Below, one piece after another: positions 13,309 through 25,857 of a stretch of DNA of 64,000 bases. The notes under the pieces are model-generated. The model saw only the letters and a list, made by a program, of their open reading frames with translations. It was not told where the DNA came from and searched no databases. The stretch comes from Mobula birostris (taxonomy: Eukaryota): positions 3,787,079 to 3,851,078 of the forward strand of contig NC_092377.1 in NCBI RefSeq assembly GCF_030028105.1, given 5' to 3'. How positions within the stretch are numbered: the first letter of the stretch is position 1; each line of letters begins with the position of its first letter. Both the position numbers and the translations under genes were made by a program.

Positions 13309-14331
13309 TGTGAGGGGATTCAGGAGTGCCCCTATTAACTGTTTGAAGAAAGACAGAGAGAGACATTTATCATTGATGGTTTGTTTGGAAAGGAGAGAGA
13401 GACAGAGTTATTTACCACCGATATTTTGCTTTTTGAAAAGAGAGAGAGAGAGAGAGACAAAGATCAACGGTTGGACTGTCACTTTAAGGCATTGGAAGTA
13501 ACTTTGGATTTTTACTGAGTTTGGAGTTGGAAACAGCACCGAGAAGCTCATAAGTTGCTATGGTGACTGAAGGTGGTGGACACTCGATGTTATGATTTTC
13601 AGCTGGTTGTTGATGTTACTTCCAAGGGCAGGTTGCCTGCTTGTGCACTCCTTCACAGACAAAGGAGGGAGAGACTCTTTGAATAACAGGTGATGCTCAG
13701 CCTGGTGAAATAAATAGGAGGTCAGATGATACAGACCTCAGACACATGATCTGGACACTGAATGAGCATTGTTGTGCCCGCAGAGAAAGTGGGTTTTGGA
13801 GGATCGATCAGGCGGATCGGTTCAACTTACTATTCCATCGGTGAAGAAGGGGTTGACTGATGGGGAGTTGTCTATGTGTCCACCCTCGCCTGAGTGATAG
13901 CTCCACCACAGGAAAACCGGTCCCCCTGGTTAAAGTCACAGTCGGTGACTTGTAAAGGACTTCGGAGGACGACGAGAAGATCGACTGCATCAGCTCACCT
14001 GAAGACTATATATATATATATATATAAAATCTCTCTCTCTCTCTCTCTCTCTCCATCACTACTCAACTAAATACCACGAACTGAACTGAACTTTACTCAT
14101 CATCGTAAGGCTGTATCTTTTTACCCCTAGACTTAAAGAAGCTTGGTTTTCATACATATATATTCCACACTTACTCTTATATATAATCATTGCTAACCTG
14201 TTTGATTTATTTGCATTGATATTACTGTATTGTGTAGTTACTAATAAATATTAGTAGTTTATAGCAATACGAGACTCCAAAATGGGTTCTATTTCTGCTG
14301 GTTCTTTATTCCCGTCACGGGGTACGTGACA
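13309..14331 (+). repeat. 3' LTR of element A
   Basis: Direct repeat of 8776-9782, with an extra (TA)n tract near 14008-14025. Confidence 0.92.
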
Positions 14332-15874
14332 GCCAGGGCTGAAATGTCTATTACAAGAGGGTATGCATTGAAGGTGAGACGAGGTAGGTTCAAGGAAGAT
14401 GTGAGGGGTTAGTTTTTTACTCAGAGAGTGGTGTGTGTCTGGAATGCTCTGCCTGATATAGTGGTAGAGGCAAATACGTTACAAGATGTTTAGGTAGGCG
14501 CATGGATGTAAAGAAGATAGGGGGATATGGAGAGTGTATAGGCAGGAGGGATTAGTGCTTGCGTCTTGTTGATTTGCTTTTTGGCTGGTTCGGCACAACA
14601 CGGTGAGCTGAACGGACTGATCCTGTGCTGTACTATTCTATGTTCTAACTTTCCCACTACTGATTTGAGGCTCACCAGCCTGTGATTTCCTCATTTATTC
14701 TTAGAGCCTTTCTTAAAAAGCAGAACAATGAGTAGCTCTCAGCCGTCCCTCATTCTGTTGATGAGACATGGAATGGCCACATTTTGCACGAGAGTGCTGC
14801 ATCTTCTGAACCCCATGGTGGTCAGCTGGACTGACCGAATCTTGTGCTCAGTCAAGCTGAAGAAAAGAAATGAAGATCTGTCAACAACATTGAGTGTTAC
14901 GTACAAGTTTTATAACACATATTGGATTCAGACTTTAATTATCTACATTGGAGATACACGACTGCAGATGCTGGAATGTCGAGCAACAAACGATCTGGGA
15001 GGAACTCAGTGGGTCGAGCAGCATCTGTGGAGGGTGGAGAGGAGATAGAATTGTTCTTGTTCACAATTGTTGCTTCCCCAGCAGTTGTTAGGAGATAATG
15101 ATGAACCAACATGTTGGTGGAACTGGAGTCCTACAGAGACCAAGCTGGGTATGACCATAAGGCATAAGAGCAGGGAAAGGCCATTCAGCCCATCAAGTCT
15201 GCTCTGCCATTCAATCACGACTGACTCTTTTTATCCCCTCCTCAGCTCCACTCCCTGGACTCCACTGGACAGGGTAAGTGGGCTGTGGATAGTAGCAGAC
15301 TGCTGCATAACACTGAGTACAGAGATGCCCTGACATCAGTGTAAATGGCACCTGACAGTCATCCACTCAACAGAGCTTCAGGCCTTTAGTTTGAGGGGAA
15401 CTGCAGGCTTTAGATTGCAAAATTATATCATGTGGAAGTAAGAGTGTGGTCAAGCAAGAGGAAAGCAAATGAGAAAATGGTGGCTTGTGGTAAAATAGGG
15501 AATTAAAAAAAGGGGAAGAGAGCTTTGCAGATATATACATAGTGATGACCTTCTGTGCAAGTCATGGACTCACAGTAAAGCACACTGTTATGGGACTGAC
15601 CATTCAGCCCATCTTGTCCATTCTGACAATTTTTGCCTATTTACACCAATCACTCTTGCATGCATTGAGCCCCTATCAGCACCTTTCCTATCCATGCACC
15701 TGTCCAAATGTCTTAGATGTTGTAATTGCACCTGCCCCGACCACCTCCCATGGCATCTCAGTCAAGTACATATATACAATCAAATGAAACAATGTTCCTC
15801 TGGCCCATGGTGCACCCACAAAACATATATCTGACACAGCACATAAATCAAATTATTACTATCAATATTAGATT

Positions 15875-16525
15875 AGATTATGAGAACACTCAGTCCTCTT
15901 TTATTGTCATTTAGAAATGCATACGTGCATAAAGAAATGATACAATGTTTCTCCAGAGTGATATCACAGAAAACAGGACAGACCAAAGACTAACACTGAC
16001 AGAACCACATAATTATAACATATAGTTTCATCAGTGCAAAGCAATACCATAAATTGCTGAAGAACAGACCATGGGCACGGTAAAAATAGTCTCAAAGTCC
16101 CAAGTTGATCGACTCCCGAGTCCCCGATAGCAGGCGGCAAAAGGGAGAAACTCCCTGCCATAAACCTCCAGGCACTGTCAGCTTGCCAATACCTTGGAAG
16201 CAGCCGACCACAGCCGACACTGAGTCCATCCGTCCGAAAACTCCAAGCTTCCGGCCAGCCTCCCGAGCGCCATCCTCTGCCGAGCGCCTTCGACCTTGTT
16301 CCAGCCGCTGAAACACACAAAGCCGAGGATTTCGGGGCCTTCAGCTCCGGAGATTCCGGTTTCCACACAGTAGCAGCGACAGCGAAGCAGGCATTTCAGA
16401 GGTTTTCCAGATGTTCCTCCGTGCTCTCACATCTGTCTCCATCAAATCAGGATTGTGCACGGTCCCCTACTTGACAGATAGCATCAGCGAAGTGGCCGCG
16501 CACGCTGCCGTCACGCCGCCATCTT
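15875..16525 (-). repeat. Probable LINE 3'-UTR or non-autonomous repeat
   Basis: Begins with ATTAGATTAGATT (reverse-complement tail) followed by TTTATTGTCAT, a pattern typical of fish LINE 3' ends; no coding homology recognised. Confidence 0.4.
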
Positions 16526-16559
16526 CTCCCCCCTCCTGGATGTATTGATGTATTATTAC

Positions 16560-19500
16560 ATCAATAAAATATAATTCAAAATGCATGTAGTGCATGGTGT
16601 GAGTTTCTGGGAAAAATGAGGAAGCTGCAGGATAGATGCACTCCAAAAACTAAAGAAAAACTCAAATGGCAAAGTAGTACAACCATGGTTGACAGGTGAA
16701 GTAAAAACTAATGTAAAACAAAAGAGAGAGCAAAAATTACTGGGAAGATTGAGGATTGGGAAGCTTTTAAAAACCTGCAGAATGCAACTAAAAATCCTTA
16801 AGAGGAAAAAGATGAAGTATGAAAGCAAGCTAGCAAACAATATCAACATGAATTGGAAAAGCTTTTCCAAGTATATAAAATATAAAAGAGAAATGAGAGT
16901 GGATATAGGACTGCTAGAAAATGAGGTCAGAGAAATAATAACAGGGGACAAGGAGATGGCAGATGAACTAAATGAGTATTTTGCATCAGTCTTCACTATG
17001 GATGACACGAGCAGTGTACCAGATGTTGTAGTGTGTGAAGGAAGAGAAGTGGGTGCAGTTACTGTTACAAATGAGAAGGTTCTCAAAAAGCTGAAAGATC
17101 TAAAGGTACATAAGTCACCTGGAACAGATAAACTGCACCCTAGGGCACTGAGAAAGGTTGTGGTGCAGATTGTGGTGGTATTAGAAATGATCTTTCAAAA
17201 ATCATTGCACTCTGGTGTGGTTCCACTCTTAAGAAAGGGGGAAAAGAGCAGAAAGGAAATTATAGACCAGTTAGCCTGAACTCATTGGTTGGGAAGATGT
17301 TAGAGTCAATTGTTAAGGGTGAAGTTATGGACTTCTTACTGACACAGGACAAGATAGTACAAAGTCAGCATGGTTTCCTTAAGGGAAAATCCTGCCTGAT
17401 GAACCTGTTAGAATTCTTTGAGAAGACTTCAAGTAGGATGGATAAAGAGGATGCAGTGGATATTGTATATTTGGACTTACAGAAGGCCTTTGACAAGGTG
17501 CCACACATGAGGCTGCACACCAAGTTATTACTATGCACACCATGGTATTACAGGAAAGTTACTGGCATGTTTCTTCCAAAGTAGAAGCATACAAATTAGC
17601 CAGAAAAAGTGGCTCACGTGAGGACTGGGAGAAATTCAGAGTTCAGCAGAGGAGGACAAAGGGCTTAATTAGGAAGGGGAAAAAAGATTATGAGAGAAAA
17701 CTGGCAGCGAACATAAAAACTGACTGTAAAAGCTTTTATAGATATGTGAAAAGAAAAAAGATTGGTTAAGACAAATGTAGGTCCCCTGCAGACAGAAACA
17801 GGTGAATTGATTATGGGGAGCAAGGACATGGCAGACCAATTGAATAATTACTTTGGTTCTGTGTTCACTAAGGAGGACATAAATAATCTTCCAGAAGTAG
17901 TATGGAACAGAGGGTCCAGTGAGATGGAGGAACTGAGCGAAATACATGTTAGTAGGGAAGTGGTGTTGGGTAAATTGAAGGGATTAAAGGCAGATAAATC
18001 CCCAGGGCCAGATGGTCTGCATCCCAGAGTGCTTAAGGAAGTAGCCCAAGAAATAGTGGGTGCATTAGTGATAATTTTTCAAAACTCGTTAGATTCTGGA
18101 CTAGTTCCTGAGGATTGGAGGGTGGCTAATGTAATCCCACTTTTTAAAAAAGGAGGGAGAGAGAAACCGAGGAATTATAGACCGGTTAGCCTAATGTCGG
18201 TGGCGGGGAAACTGCTGGAGTCAGTTATCTAAGATGTGATAACAGCACATTTGGAAAGTGGTGAAATCATCGGACAAAGTCAGCATGGATTTGTGAAAGG
18301 AAGATCATCTCTGACGAATCTCATAGAATTTTTTGAGGATGTAACTAATAGAGTGGATAGGGGAGAACCAGTGGATGTGGTATATTTGGATTTTCAAAAG
18401 GCTTTTGACAAGGTCCCACACAGGAGATTAGTGTGCAAACTGAAAGCACACGGTATTGGGGGTAAGGTATTGATGTGGATAGAGAATTGGTTAGCAGACA
18501 AGAAGCAAGAATAAACAAGACCTTTTCAGAATGGCAGGCAGTGACTAATGGGGTACCGCAAGGCTCAGTGCTGGGACCCCAGTTGTTTACAATATATATT
18601 AATGACTTGGATGAGGGAATTAAATGCAGCATCTCCAAGCTTGCGGATGACACGAAGCTGGGTGGCAGTGTTAGCTGTGAGGAGGATGCTAAGAGGATGC
18701 AGGGTGACTTGGATAGGTTGGGTGAGTGGGCAAATTCATGGCAGATGCAATTTAATGTGGATAAATGTGAAGTTATCCACTTTGGTGGCAAAAATAGGAA
18801 AACAGATTATTATCTGAATGGTGGCCGATTAGGAAAAGGGGAGGTGCAACGAGACCTGGGTGTCATTATACACCAGTCATTGAAAGTGGGCATGCAGGTA
18901 CAGCAGGCTGTGAAAAAGGCGAATGGTATGCTGGCATTTATAGCGAGAGGATTCGAGTACCAGAGCAGGGAGGTACTACTGCAGTTGTACAAGGCCTTGG
19001 TGAGACCACACCTGGAGTATTGTGTGCAGTTTTGGTCCCCTAATCTGAGGAAAGACATCCTTGCCATAGAGGGAGTACAAAGAAAGTTCACCAGATTGAT
19101 TCCTGGGATGGCAGGACTTTCATATGAAGAAAGACTGGATGAACTGGGCTTGTACTCATTGGAATTTAGAAGATTGATGGGGGATCTGATTGAAACGTAT
19201 AAAATCCTAAAGGGATTGGACAGGCTAGATGCAGGAAGATTGTTCCCGATGTTGGGGAAGTCCAGAACGAGGGGTCACAGTTTGAGGATAAAGGGGAAGC
19301 CTTTTAGGACCGAGATTAGGAGAAACTTCTTCACACAGAGAGTGGTGAATCTGTGGAATTCTCTGCCACAGGAAACAGTTGAGGCCAGTTCATTGGCTAT
19401 ATTTAAGAGCTAGTTAGATATGGCCCTTGTGGCTACGGGGATCAGAGGGTATGGAGGGAAGGCTGGTGCAGGGTTCCGAGTTGGATGATCAGCCATGATC

Positions 19501-20140
19501 ATTATAAATGGCAGTGCAGGCTCGAAGGGCTGAATGGCCTACTCCTGCACTTATTTTCTATGTTTCTATGTTTCTATGTTAAGAATGTTGGCTGATTGGT
19601 AGGAGGCAGTGAGTAGGAATAAAATGATCCTTTTCTTGTTGGCTGGCAGTGACTAGTGGTGTTCCGCAGGGGTCGGTGTTGGGACCACTTCTTCTAATGC
19701 TGCATATCAATAATTTAAATGACGGAATAGATGGCTTACTTGCCAGGTTTACGTTTTATATGAAGATTGGTGGAGGGCAGGTGGTATTGAGGAAACAGGT
19801 AGGCTGCAGAAGAACTTAGACACATTAATACAATGGGTAAGAGAGTGGCAAATGAGATACAATGCTAGGAGATGTATGGTCATGCACTCTGCACAGACTA
19901 TAAATGTGTAGATGATTTTCTAAACGGAGAGAAAATCCAAAAATCTGAGATGCAAAGGAACTTGGGAGTCTTAGTGCAGAACACTCTAAAGGTTAACTTG
20001 CAGTTTGAGTCTGTGGAGAGGAAGGCAAATACAATGTTAGCATTCATTTCAAGAAGTCTAGAATATAAGGACAGCGAAGTGATGCTGAGGATTTATAAGG
20101 CACTGGTGAGGCCTCACCTTGAGAATTGTAAATACCTTTG
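16560..20140 (+). mobile_element. Older CR1 LINE interrupted by a younger CR1
   Basis: ADELNEYFASVFT, KSPGTDKLHPR and GKSCLMNLLEFFE...VYLDLQKAFDKVPH peptides, resuming after 19580 ([12 protein letters not shown]). Confidence 0.85.
17578..19580 (+). mobile_element. Younger 5'-truncated CR1 with a nearly intact RT
   Basis: ORFs 17762-18232, 18236-18514 and 18475-19413 ([26 protein letters not shown]), with a (TTTCTATG)n tail at ~19555-19580. Confidence 0.92.
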
Positions 20141-20194
20141 GGTCTCCTCAACTAAGAAAATAATCACAGCCAGTGGGATGATTTACAGGGCAAT

Positions 20195-21527
20195 AGAGGT
20201 GTGGTGCAGTTAAAACAGAAAGCAACAAATACTGGACTGAAAATGTTACATTTGAATGCACGCAGCGTAAGAAATAAAATGGACAATCTTGAAATTCAGC
20301 TACAGACTGGCAAGTGTAACGTTGTGGTCATCTCTGAAACTTGGCTGAAGGATGGTCGCCATTGGAAGTGGATGTCCAAGGATATACAGTGTATCGGAAA
20401 GATAGGTTAGTAGGCAGGGGGGATGGTTTGGCCCTGTGTATAAGAAATAATATTAAATCATTAGAAATGGATGACATAGGATCTAAAAGTGAAAAATCTC
20501 TATTGGCTGAGTTAAGAAATGGCAAGGGTGAAAGGAACCTAATGGCAGTTGTATACAGGCCTCCAAACAGCGGCCAGGATGTGGATTACAAATTACAGTA
20601 GCAGATAGAAAAGGCGTGTCAGAAAGGCAATGTCATGTTAATCGTTGGGGATTTTATCATGAAAGTGGATTGGGAAAACCAGGTCAGTACTGGACCTCAA
20701 GAGAGAGAACTTAATAGAATGTCTGAGGGATGGCTTTTTAGAACAGCTTGTTGTTGAGCCCTCTTGGGGATCAGCTGTGCTGGATTGGGTGTTGTGCAAT
20801 GATCTGCTGGTGATAAGAGACCTTAAGGTTAAGGAACCCTTATTGAACAGTGATCTCAACATGATTGGGTTCACTTTGAAATTTGAGAAGGAGAAACTAA
20901 ATTCCAATTTGTCGGTATTTCAGTGGAATAAAGGAAATTACAATGGCATGAGAGGGGAACTGTCCAAAGTTGACTGGAAAGGGACATTAGCAGGGAGAAC
21001 AGCAGAGCAGCAATGGCTGGAGTTTCAGCGAAGAATGAGGGAAGTGCAAGACAGATATATTCCAAATAAGAAGAAATTTTCAAAGGAAAGAAGGACACTA
21101 CCGTGGCTGACAAGTGAAGTCAGAGCCAGAGTAAAAGCAAAAGAGAGGACATACAAGGAAGCCAAAGCTAGTGGGAAGATAGAGGATTGGGAAGCTTTTA
21201 AAAACTTGCAGAAGGAAACTAAGAAGGTGATTAGGAAGGAAAAGATGGATTATGAAAGGAAGCTGGCGACTAATATCAAAGGAGATACTTAAAGTTTCTT
21301 CAAGTAAATAAAGGACCAATACAAAATGATGCTGGAGATGTTGTAACGAGAGATGCAGAGATGGCAGAGGAACAGAGTGTGTATTTTGCATCAGTCTTCA
21401 CAGTGGAAGACATTTGCAGTAAACCAGACATTCAAGAGTGTCAAGGAAGTGAACTATGTGCAGTGAAAAATATGACTGAGAAAGTGCTCAGGAAGCTTAA
21501 TGATCTGAGAGTGGATAAATCTCCTGG
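20195..21527 (+). mobile_element. CR1 LINE AP-endonuclease and linker fragment
   Basis: LHLNARSVRNKMDNLE...VVISETWL, VVYRPPNS and LDWVLCND motifs. Confidence 0.85.
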
Positions 21528-21663
21528 CTGATCCAATTCTTCTGGTCATCCCCACCCCCCTGCCTTCTTCCCATACCCTTTGATGCCCTGGCTAATCAAG
21601 AACCTATCTATCTCTGCCATCAATGCCCCCAGTGACTTTGACTCCACAGCCGCTTGTGGCGAC

Positions 21664-22454
21664 CGTTATGAACCCATAGGTTTCGTTTACAGTGGACTGT
21701 CACTTTAAAAGAGCACTTCAGTGAGGCAGGACTATGAGGTTGTTCACTGACTAACTTGCAGCTTGTTTACTTTTAAAACAAGGACAGACAGTCACAGTCA
21801 GAAGAGAGAGAGAGGAGCGAACCTGGAAAAGGGTAGCAGCTCCAGCTTGTCGAAGCTGGGGATTTGGAACTCTGCTGTACCCACAAGGGTGGGTTGATCA
21901 TCGATCCAGTGCACATCGAATGTGTGGCTGTCACTCCGTATAATCCATAGCAGTGGATTAAGGAATGTCCTGTGGGACCACTCGAAGTTAACCCTTGCCT
22001 GGGTATGTTATATGGTAACCCCTTGAAGGCGACATCCCTGTGACAGCTCACTCCGGTGGTAATTTGTATGTGGATTTGGAATGGCTCAACGGAGGACCTT
22101 CAACAACTGATATTTATTAATCACCATTGTGAAACCTGTGGAATTCGACGTAACTGTCTTCTCTCTACATTTACCCTGGATTACAAAAATCTCTCTTTTA
22201 CCATTTATTCTATGGATGAACTGAACTTTCCTACTTTACCATCTCAAGACTTTAAGCCTTGTTCCCCTGAGCTCAATAGTTTGGGAGTTATATTTACACA
22301 GACAAACACATAACACTGTTAACTTTTGTTTATCTTGTTTAAGTTGCTATATTATAAGTAGATACTAATAAATAGTGGTTTTAACATCAAAACCAGTCTC
22401 CAGTGTGAACTCTATTGCTGTTGGTTTGTTTCTAAAATGTTACAGTTCGTAACA
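21664..22454 (+). repeat. 5' LTR of element B
   Basis: Direct repeat of 33300-33917; the 3' copy lacks ~190 bp. Confidence 0.9.
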
Positions 22455-23070
22455 AAATTGGGGCCGCGTCCAAGATATGAACAAATTTGGGGGCTTATTG
22501 ATTGATTAATTTTCAATTTGATTGGGGAAATCCTTTTTGATTTACTTGTGTGTGGAAATCAGCAGTAATGGATATTGAGGTATTTCTGGAAGTGCCAGAC
22601 CCTGGGGAATTAGGGGACGCCAGAAAAGATGAATTGTTGGCTATTGCAAAAACGCTGAGACTTGTTTTGATAAAACGGTCTATGAGAAAGCCAGAGATTC
22701 AGAGGAAGATAGCTGAGTACTATATTTCTTTGAGGAAATTTGATGCTGAGGTATTAGAACTGTTCCCTGAAAGTAAGCCAGTTACCCCTGAGCTCCAGTT
22801 ATGGCTGGACCAATTAAGGTTCGACCGAGAGAGACTTAGATTAGAAGCTGCGGAAAAAGACAAACAGAGGGAAGAAGGAAAAAAGGGCATTTTGAAGCTG
22901 AGGAGGCAGAAGAACAAAGGAGGTTTGAGTTAGAGAAGTTAGATAAGCTCGAGCAAAGGGGTCTAGTTTTTGACGTTGCTGAGAAGTTTGTGGCCAGTCG
23001 GGAAGTTAAATTGGTCCCTCCATTTAATGAAGCTGAGGTTGATAAATACCTCCAGCATTATGAGAAGGTG

Positions 23071-25848
23071 CTTTAATTGGTCGGATCAACGCTGTCAAGA
23101 TGATGATTTTACCTAAGTTTCTATATTTATTTCAAGCAATGCCTATCTTTATTTCAAAATCCTTTTTTGATAATGTTGATTCAAAAATTTCTTCATATAT
23201 ATGGCAGAATAAAAATCCTAGACTAGGTAAAAGATACATACAAAAGCCCAAAAAGGAGGATGGTTTAGCATTGCTGAACTTTAGGTTTTATTATTGGGCA
23301 ATTAATATTCGTTACTTAAAATTTTGGACATGGAATTGGGATACAGTTTCAAGTCTACAATGGGTTAATCTTGATTGTAAATCCATTTCAGAGTTTTCAT
23401 TAGGTTCTATTTCAGGGTCTCCGCTTCCTTTTGATTTTTCTAAAGTGAACAAACATATGGATAACCCAATAGTTAAATATACTCTTCAAATATGGTTTCA
23501 GTTTTGAAAATTTTTTGGATTGAATCAATTTATTTTAACAAGCCCTATTCTACTTAATTTTCTTTTTCAACCCTCTTTTTTGGATCAAGCCTATCTAGTC
23601 TGGAAAAATAAAGGTATAATATGTTTTTCTGATTTACTTTTAGATAATTGTTTCAAGTCTTTTGAACAATTATCTAATAAATATAATTTACCTAGATCCC
23701 ATTTCTTTAGATACTTACAGATTAGAAACTTTTTAAATACTGTTCTTACTACCTTTCTGATTTCATACTCATTGGATATAATGGAAAGAATTTTAGACTT
23801 AAATCCTTTTCAGGAAGGTTCAATAGCAATTATTTATAATATGATTATGAAAATAAATCCAGATGTATCGATTTCAATCAAGAATGATTGGGAAAGGGAA
23901 CTTAAGCTTACTTTACCTATTGAGAAATGGGAAAAAATTCTTCAATTAGTTAATTCTTCTTCTATATGTGCTAAGCACGCATTGATACTTAAAGTAGTAT
24001 ACAGAACTCATATAAATTAGCTTGCTATTACTCTCATATAAATCCTGTATGCGACAGATGTCATTCTGAGACAGCTTCGTTAACTCACATGTTTTGGTCA
24101 TGCCCTTTGCTGAAGAAATACTGGGACGATATCTTTAATATTATTTCAACTGTTTTGAATATTGATTTACAACCCCATCCTATTACTGCTATCTTTGGTT
24201 TACCAATGATAGAACAACATCATCTGACTCCCTCAGCTTGTCGGATGATTGCTTTTGTTACACTAATGGCTAGAAGATCCATACTACTGAATTGGAAAGA
24301 GATTAATCCTCCTACTACATTTCAATGGTATTCGCAAACGATGGCTTGTTTAAACTTAGAAAAAATTAGAAGCGTCATGTACGACCCTTCTATTAAATTT
24401 GAAGAGGTTTGGAGACCATTTATTCAGTACTTTCATATGATGTAATTTGACCCTTTCCAATTCTACTTTGTTATTCTATATACGGGGAGAGGAGCGGAGT
24501 TAACAACACTACTGGTCTTACCTGAGGTATCATAATAGCCCATTCTTTTTCTTCTTGTTAGTTTAGTTTTTCTTTATTTGGTTTAGATTTTTTTCTTTTT
24601 TTGGGAGAAATTTTTTTCTCTTTTTTCATGATATTTTTCCCATTTTATCATATATTTCCCTATATTAGAGCAGTACTTTCTGAGATTTTGGGAGGCTCAT
24701 GAATTATTTGTCAATTGAGGTTATATTTGTATTTTTTCAATTATGTAATCCCAATTTCTCTGTATCTATTTTTCTGTATTGTGACTAGTGATGTCCCACA
24801 AGGATCTGTTCTGGATTGTGACTAGTGGTGTCCCACAAGGATCTGTTCTGGGACCTCTACTTTTTGTGATTTTTATTAACGACCTGGATGTGGGGGTAGA
24901 AGGGTGCGTTGGCAAGTTTGCAGACGACACAAAGGTTGGTCGTGTTGTAGATAGTGTAGAGGATTGTCAAAGATTGCAGAGAGACATTGACAGGATGCAG
25001 AAGTGGGCTGAGAAGTGGCAGATGGAGTTCAACCTGGAGAAGTGTGAGGTGGGACACTTTGGAAGGACAAACTCCAAGGCAAAGTACAAAGTAAATGGCA
25101 GGATACTTGGTAGTGTGGAGGAGCAGAGGGATCTCAGGGTACATGTCCACAGATCCCTGAAAGTTGCCTCACAGGTGGATAGGGTAGTTAAGAAAGCTTG
25201 TGGGGTGTTAGTTTTCATAAGTTGAGGGATAGAGTTTAAGAGTCGCGATGTAATGATGCAGCTCTATAAAATTCTGGTTAGGCCACACTTGGGGTATTGT
25301 GTCCAGTTCTGGTCACCTCACTATAGGAAGGATGTGGAAGCATTGGAAAGGGTACAGAGGAGATTTACCAGGATGCTGCCTGGTTTAGAAAGTATGGATT
25401 ATGATCAGAGATTAAGGGAGCTAGGGCTTTACTCTTTGGAGAGAAGGAGGATGAGAGGAGACATGATAGAGGTGTACAAGATAATAAGAGGAATAGATAG
25501 AGTGGATAGCCAGCGCCTCTTCCCCAGGGCACCACTGCTCAATACAAGAGGACATGACTTTAAGGTAAGGGGTGGGAAGTTCAAGGGGGATATTAGAGGA
25601 AGGTTTTTTACTCAGAGAGTGGTTGGTGTGTGGAATGCACTGCCTGAGTCAGTGGTGGAGGCAGATACACTAGTGAAGTTTAAGAGGCTACTAGACAGGT
25701 ATATGGAGGAATCTAAGGTGGGGGCTTATATGGGAGGCAGGGTTTGAGGGTTGGCATAACATTGTGGGCTGAAGGGCCTGTACTGTGCTGTACTATTCTA
25801 TGTTCTATGTAATGTATATGATGCTGAAACTAATAAAAAGATTGAAAA
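23071..25848 (+). mobile_element. 5'-truncated L1-clade LINE inserted in the gag of element B
   Basis: GRINAVKMMILPKFLYLFQ...YYWA, CDRCHSETASLTHMFWSC and an A-rich tail AATAAAAAGATTGAAAA. 9-bp TSD GAGAAGGTG at 23062-23070 and 25849-25857. Confidence 0.92.
24779..25810 (+). mobile_element. 5'-truncated CR1 inserted in the L1 3' UTR
   Basis: [20 protein letters not shown]...KFADD, and a TATTCTATGTTCTATGT tail. Confidence 0.92.
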
Positions 25849-25857
25849 GAGAAGGTG

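Larger units (their letters stand above)
8776..14331 (+). mobile_element. LTR retrotransposon A: Gmr1-like Gypsy (integrase before RT), internally deleted, both LTRs present
   Basis: TG...CA LTRs at 8776-9782 and 13309-14331, 5-bp target-site duplication (TSD) GCCAG (8771-8775 and 14332-14336), and purine tract GAGGAAGGGGAG at 13297-13308. Order: gag, integrase N-terminus (KDGVLMRKWRP...AYSMPLGG), RT (IDLLKGY, YIND), RNase H (NYSTVEKELLAL). Confidence 0.92.
6775..14646 (+). mobile_element. Decayed CR1 LINE (6775-8775 and 14337-14646) split by LTR element A
   Basis: Endonuclease and RT remnants (LGPLLFVMYISDLDE...SKFVDD). The reading LFA|RAEMSITRGYALKVR is continuous across the insertion, and a TATTCTATGTTCTA tail lies at ~14632-14646. 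Confidence 0.8.

Noticed and set aside
14720-15420. Short unique islands with splice-like motifs (e.g. 15082-15148 and a GTAAGT near 15272)
   Set aside because: No consistent frame links them and no domain is recognisable.
21655-21664. TSD for element B
   Set aside because: The left flank (GCGAC) and right flank (AAATA) do not match and the 5' LTR begins CG instead of TG, so no TSD is claimed.
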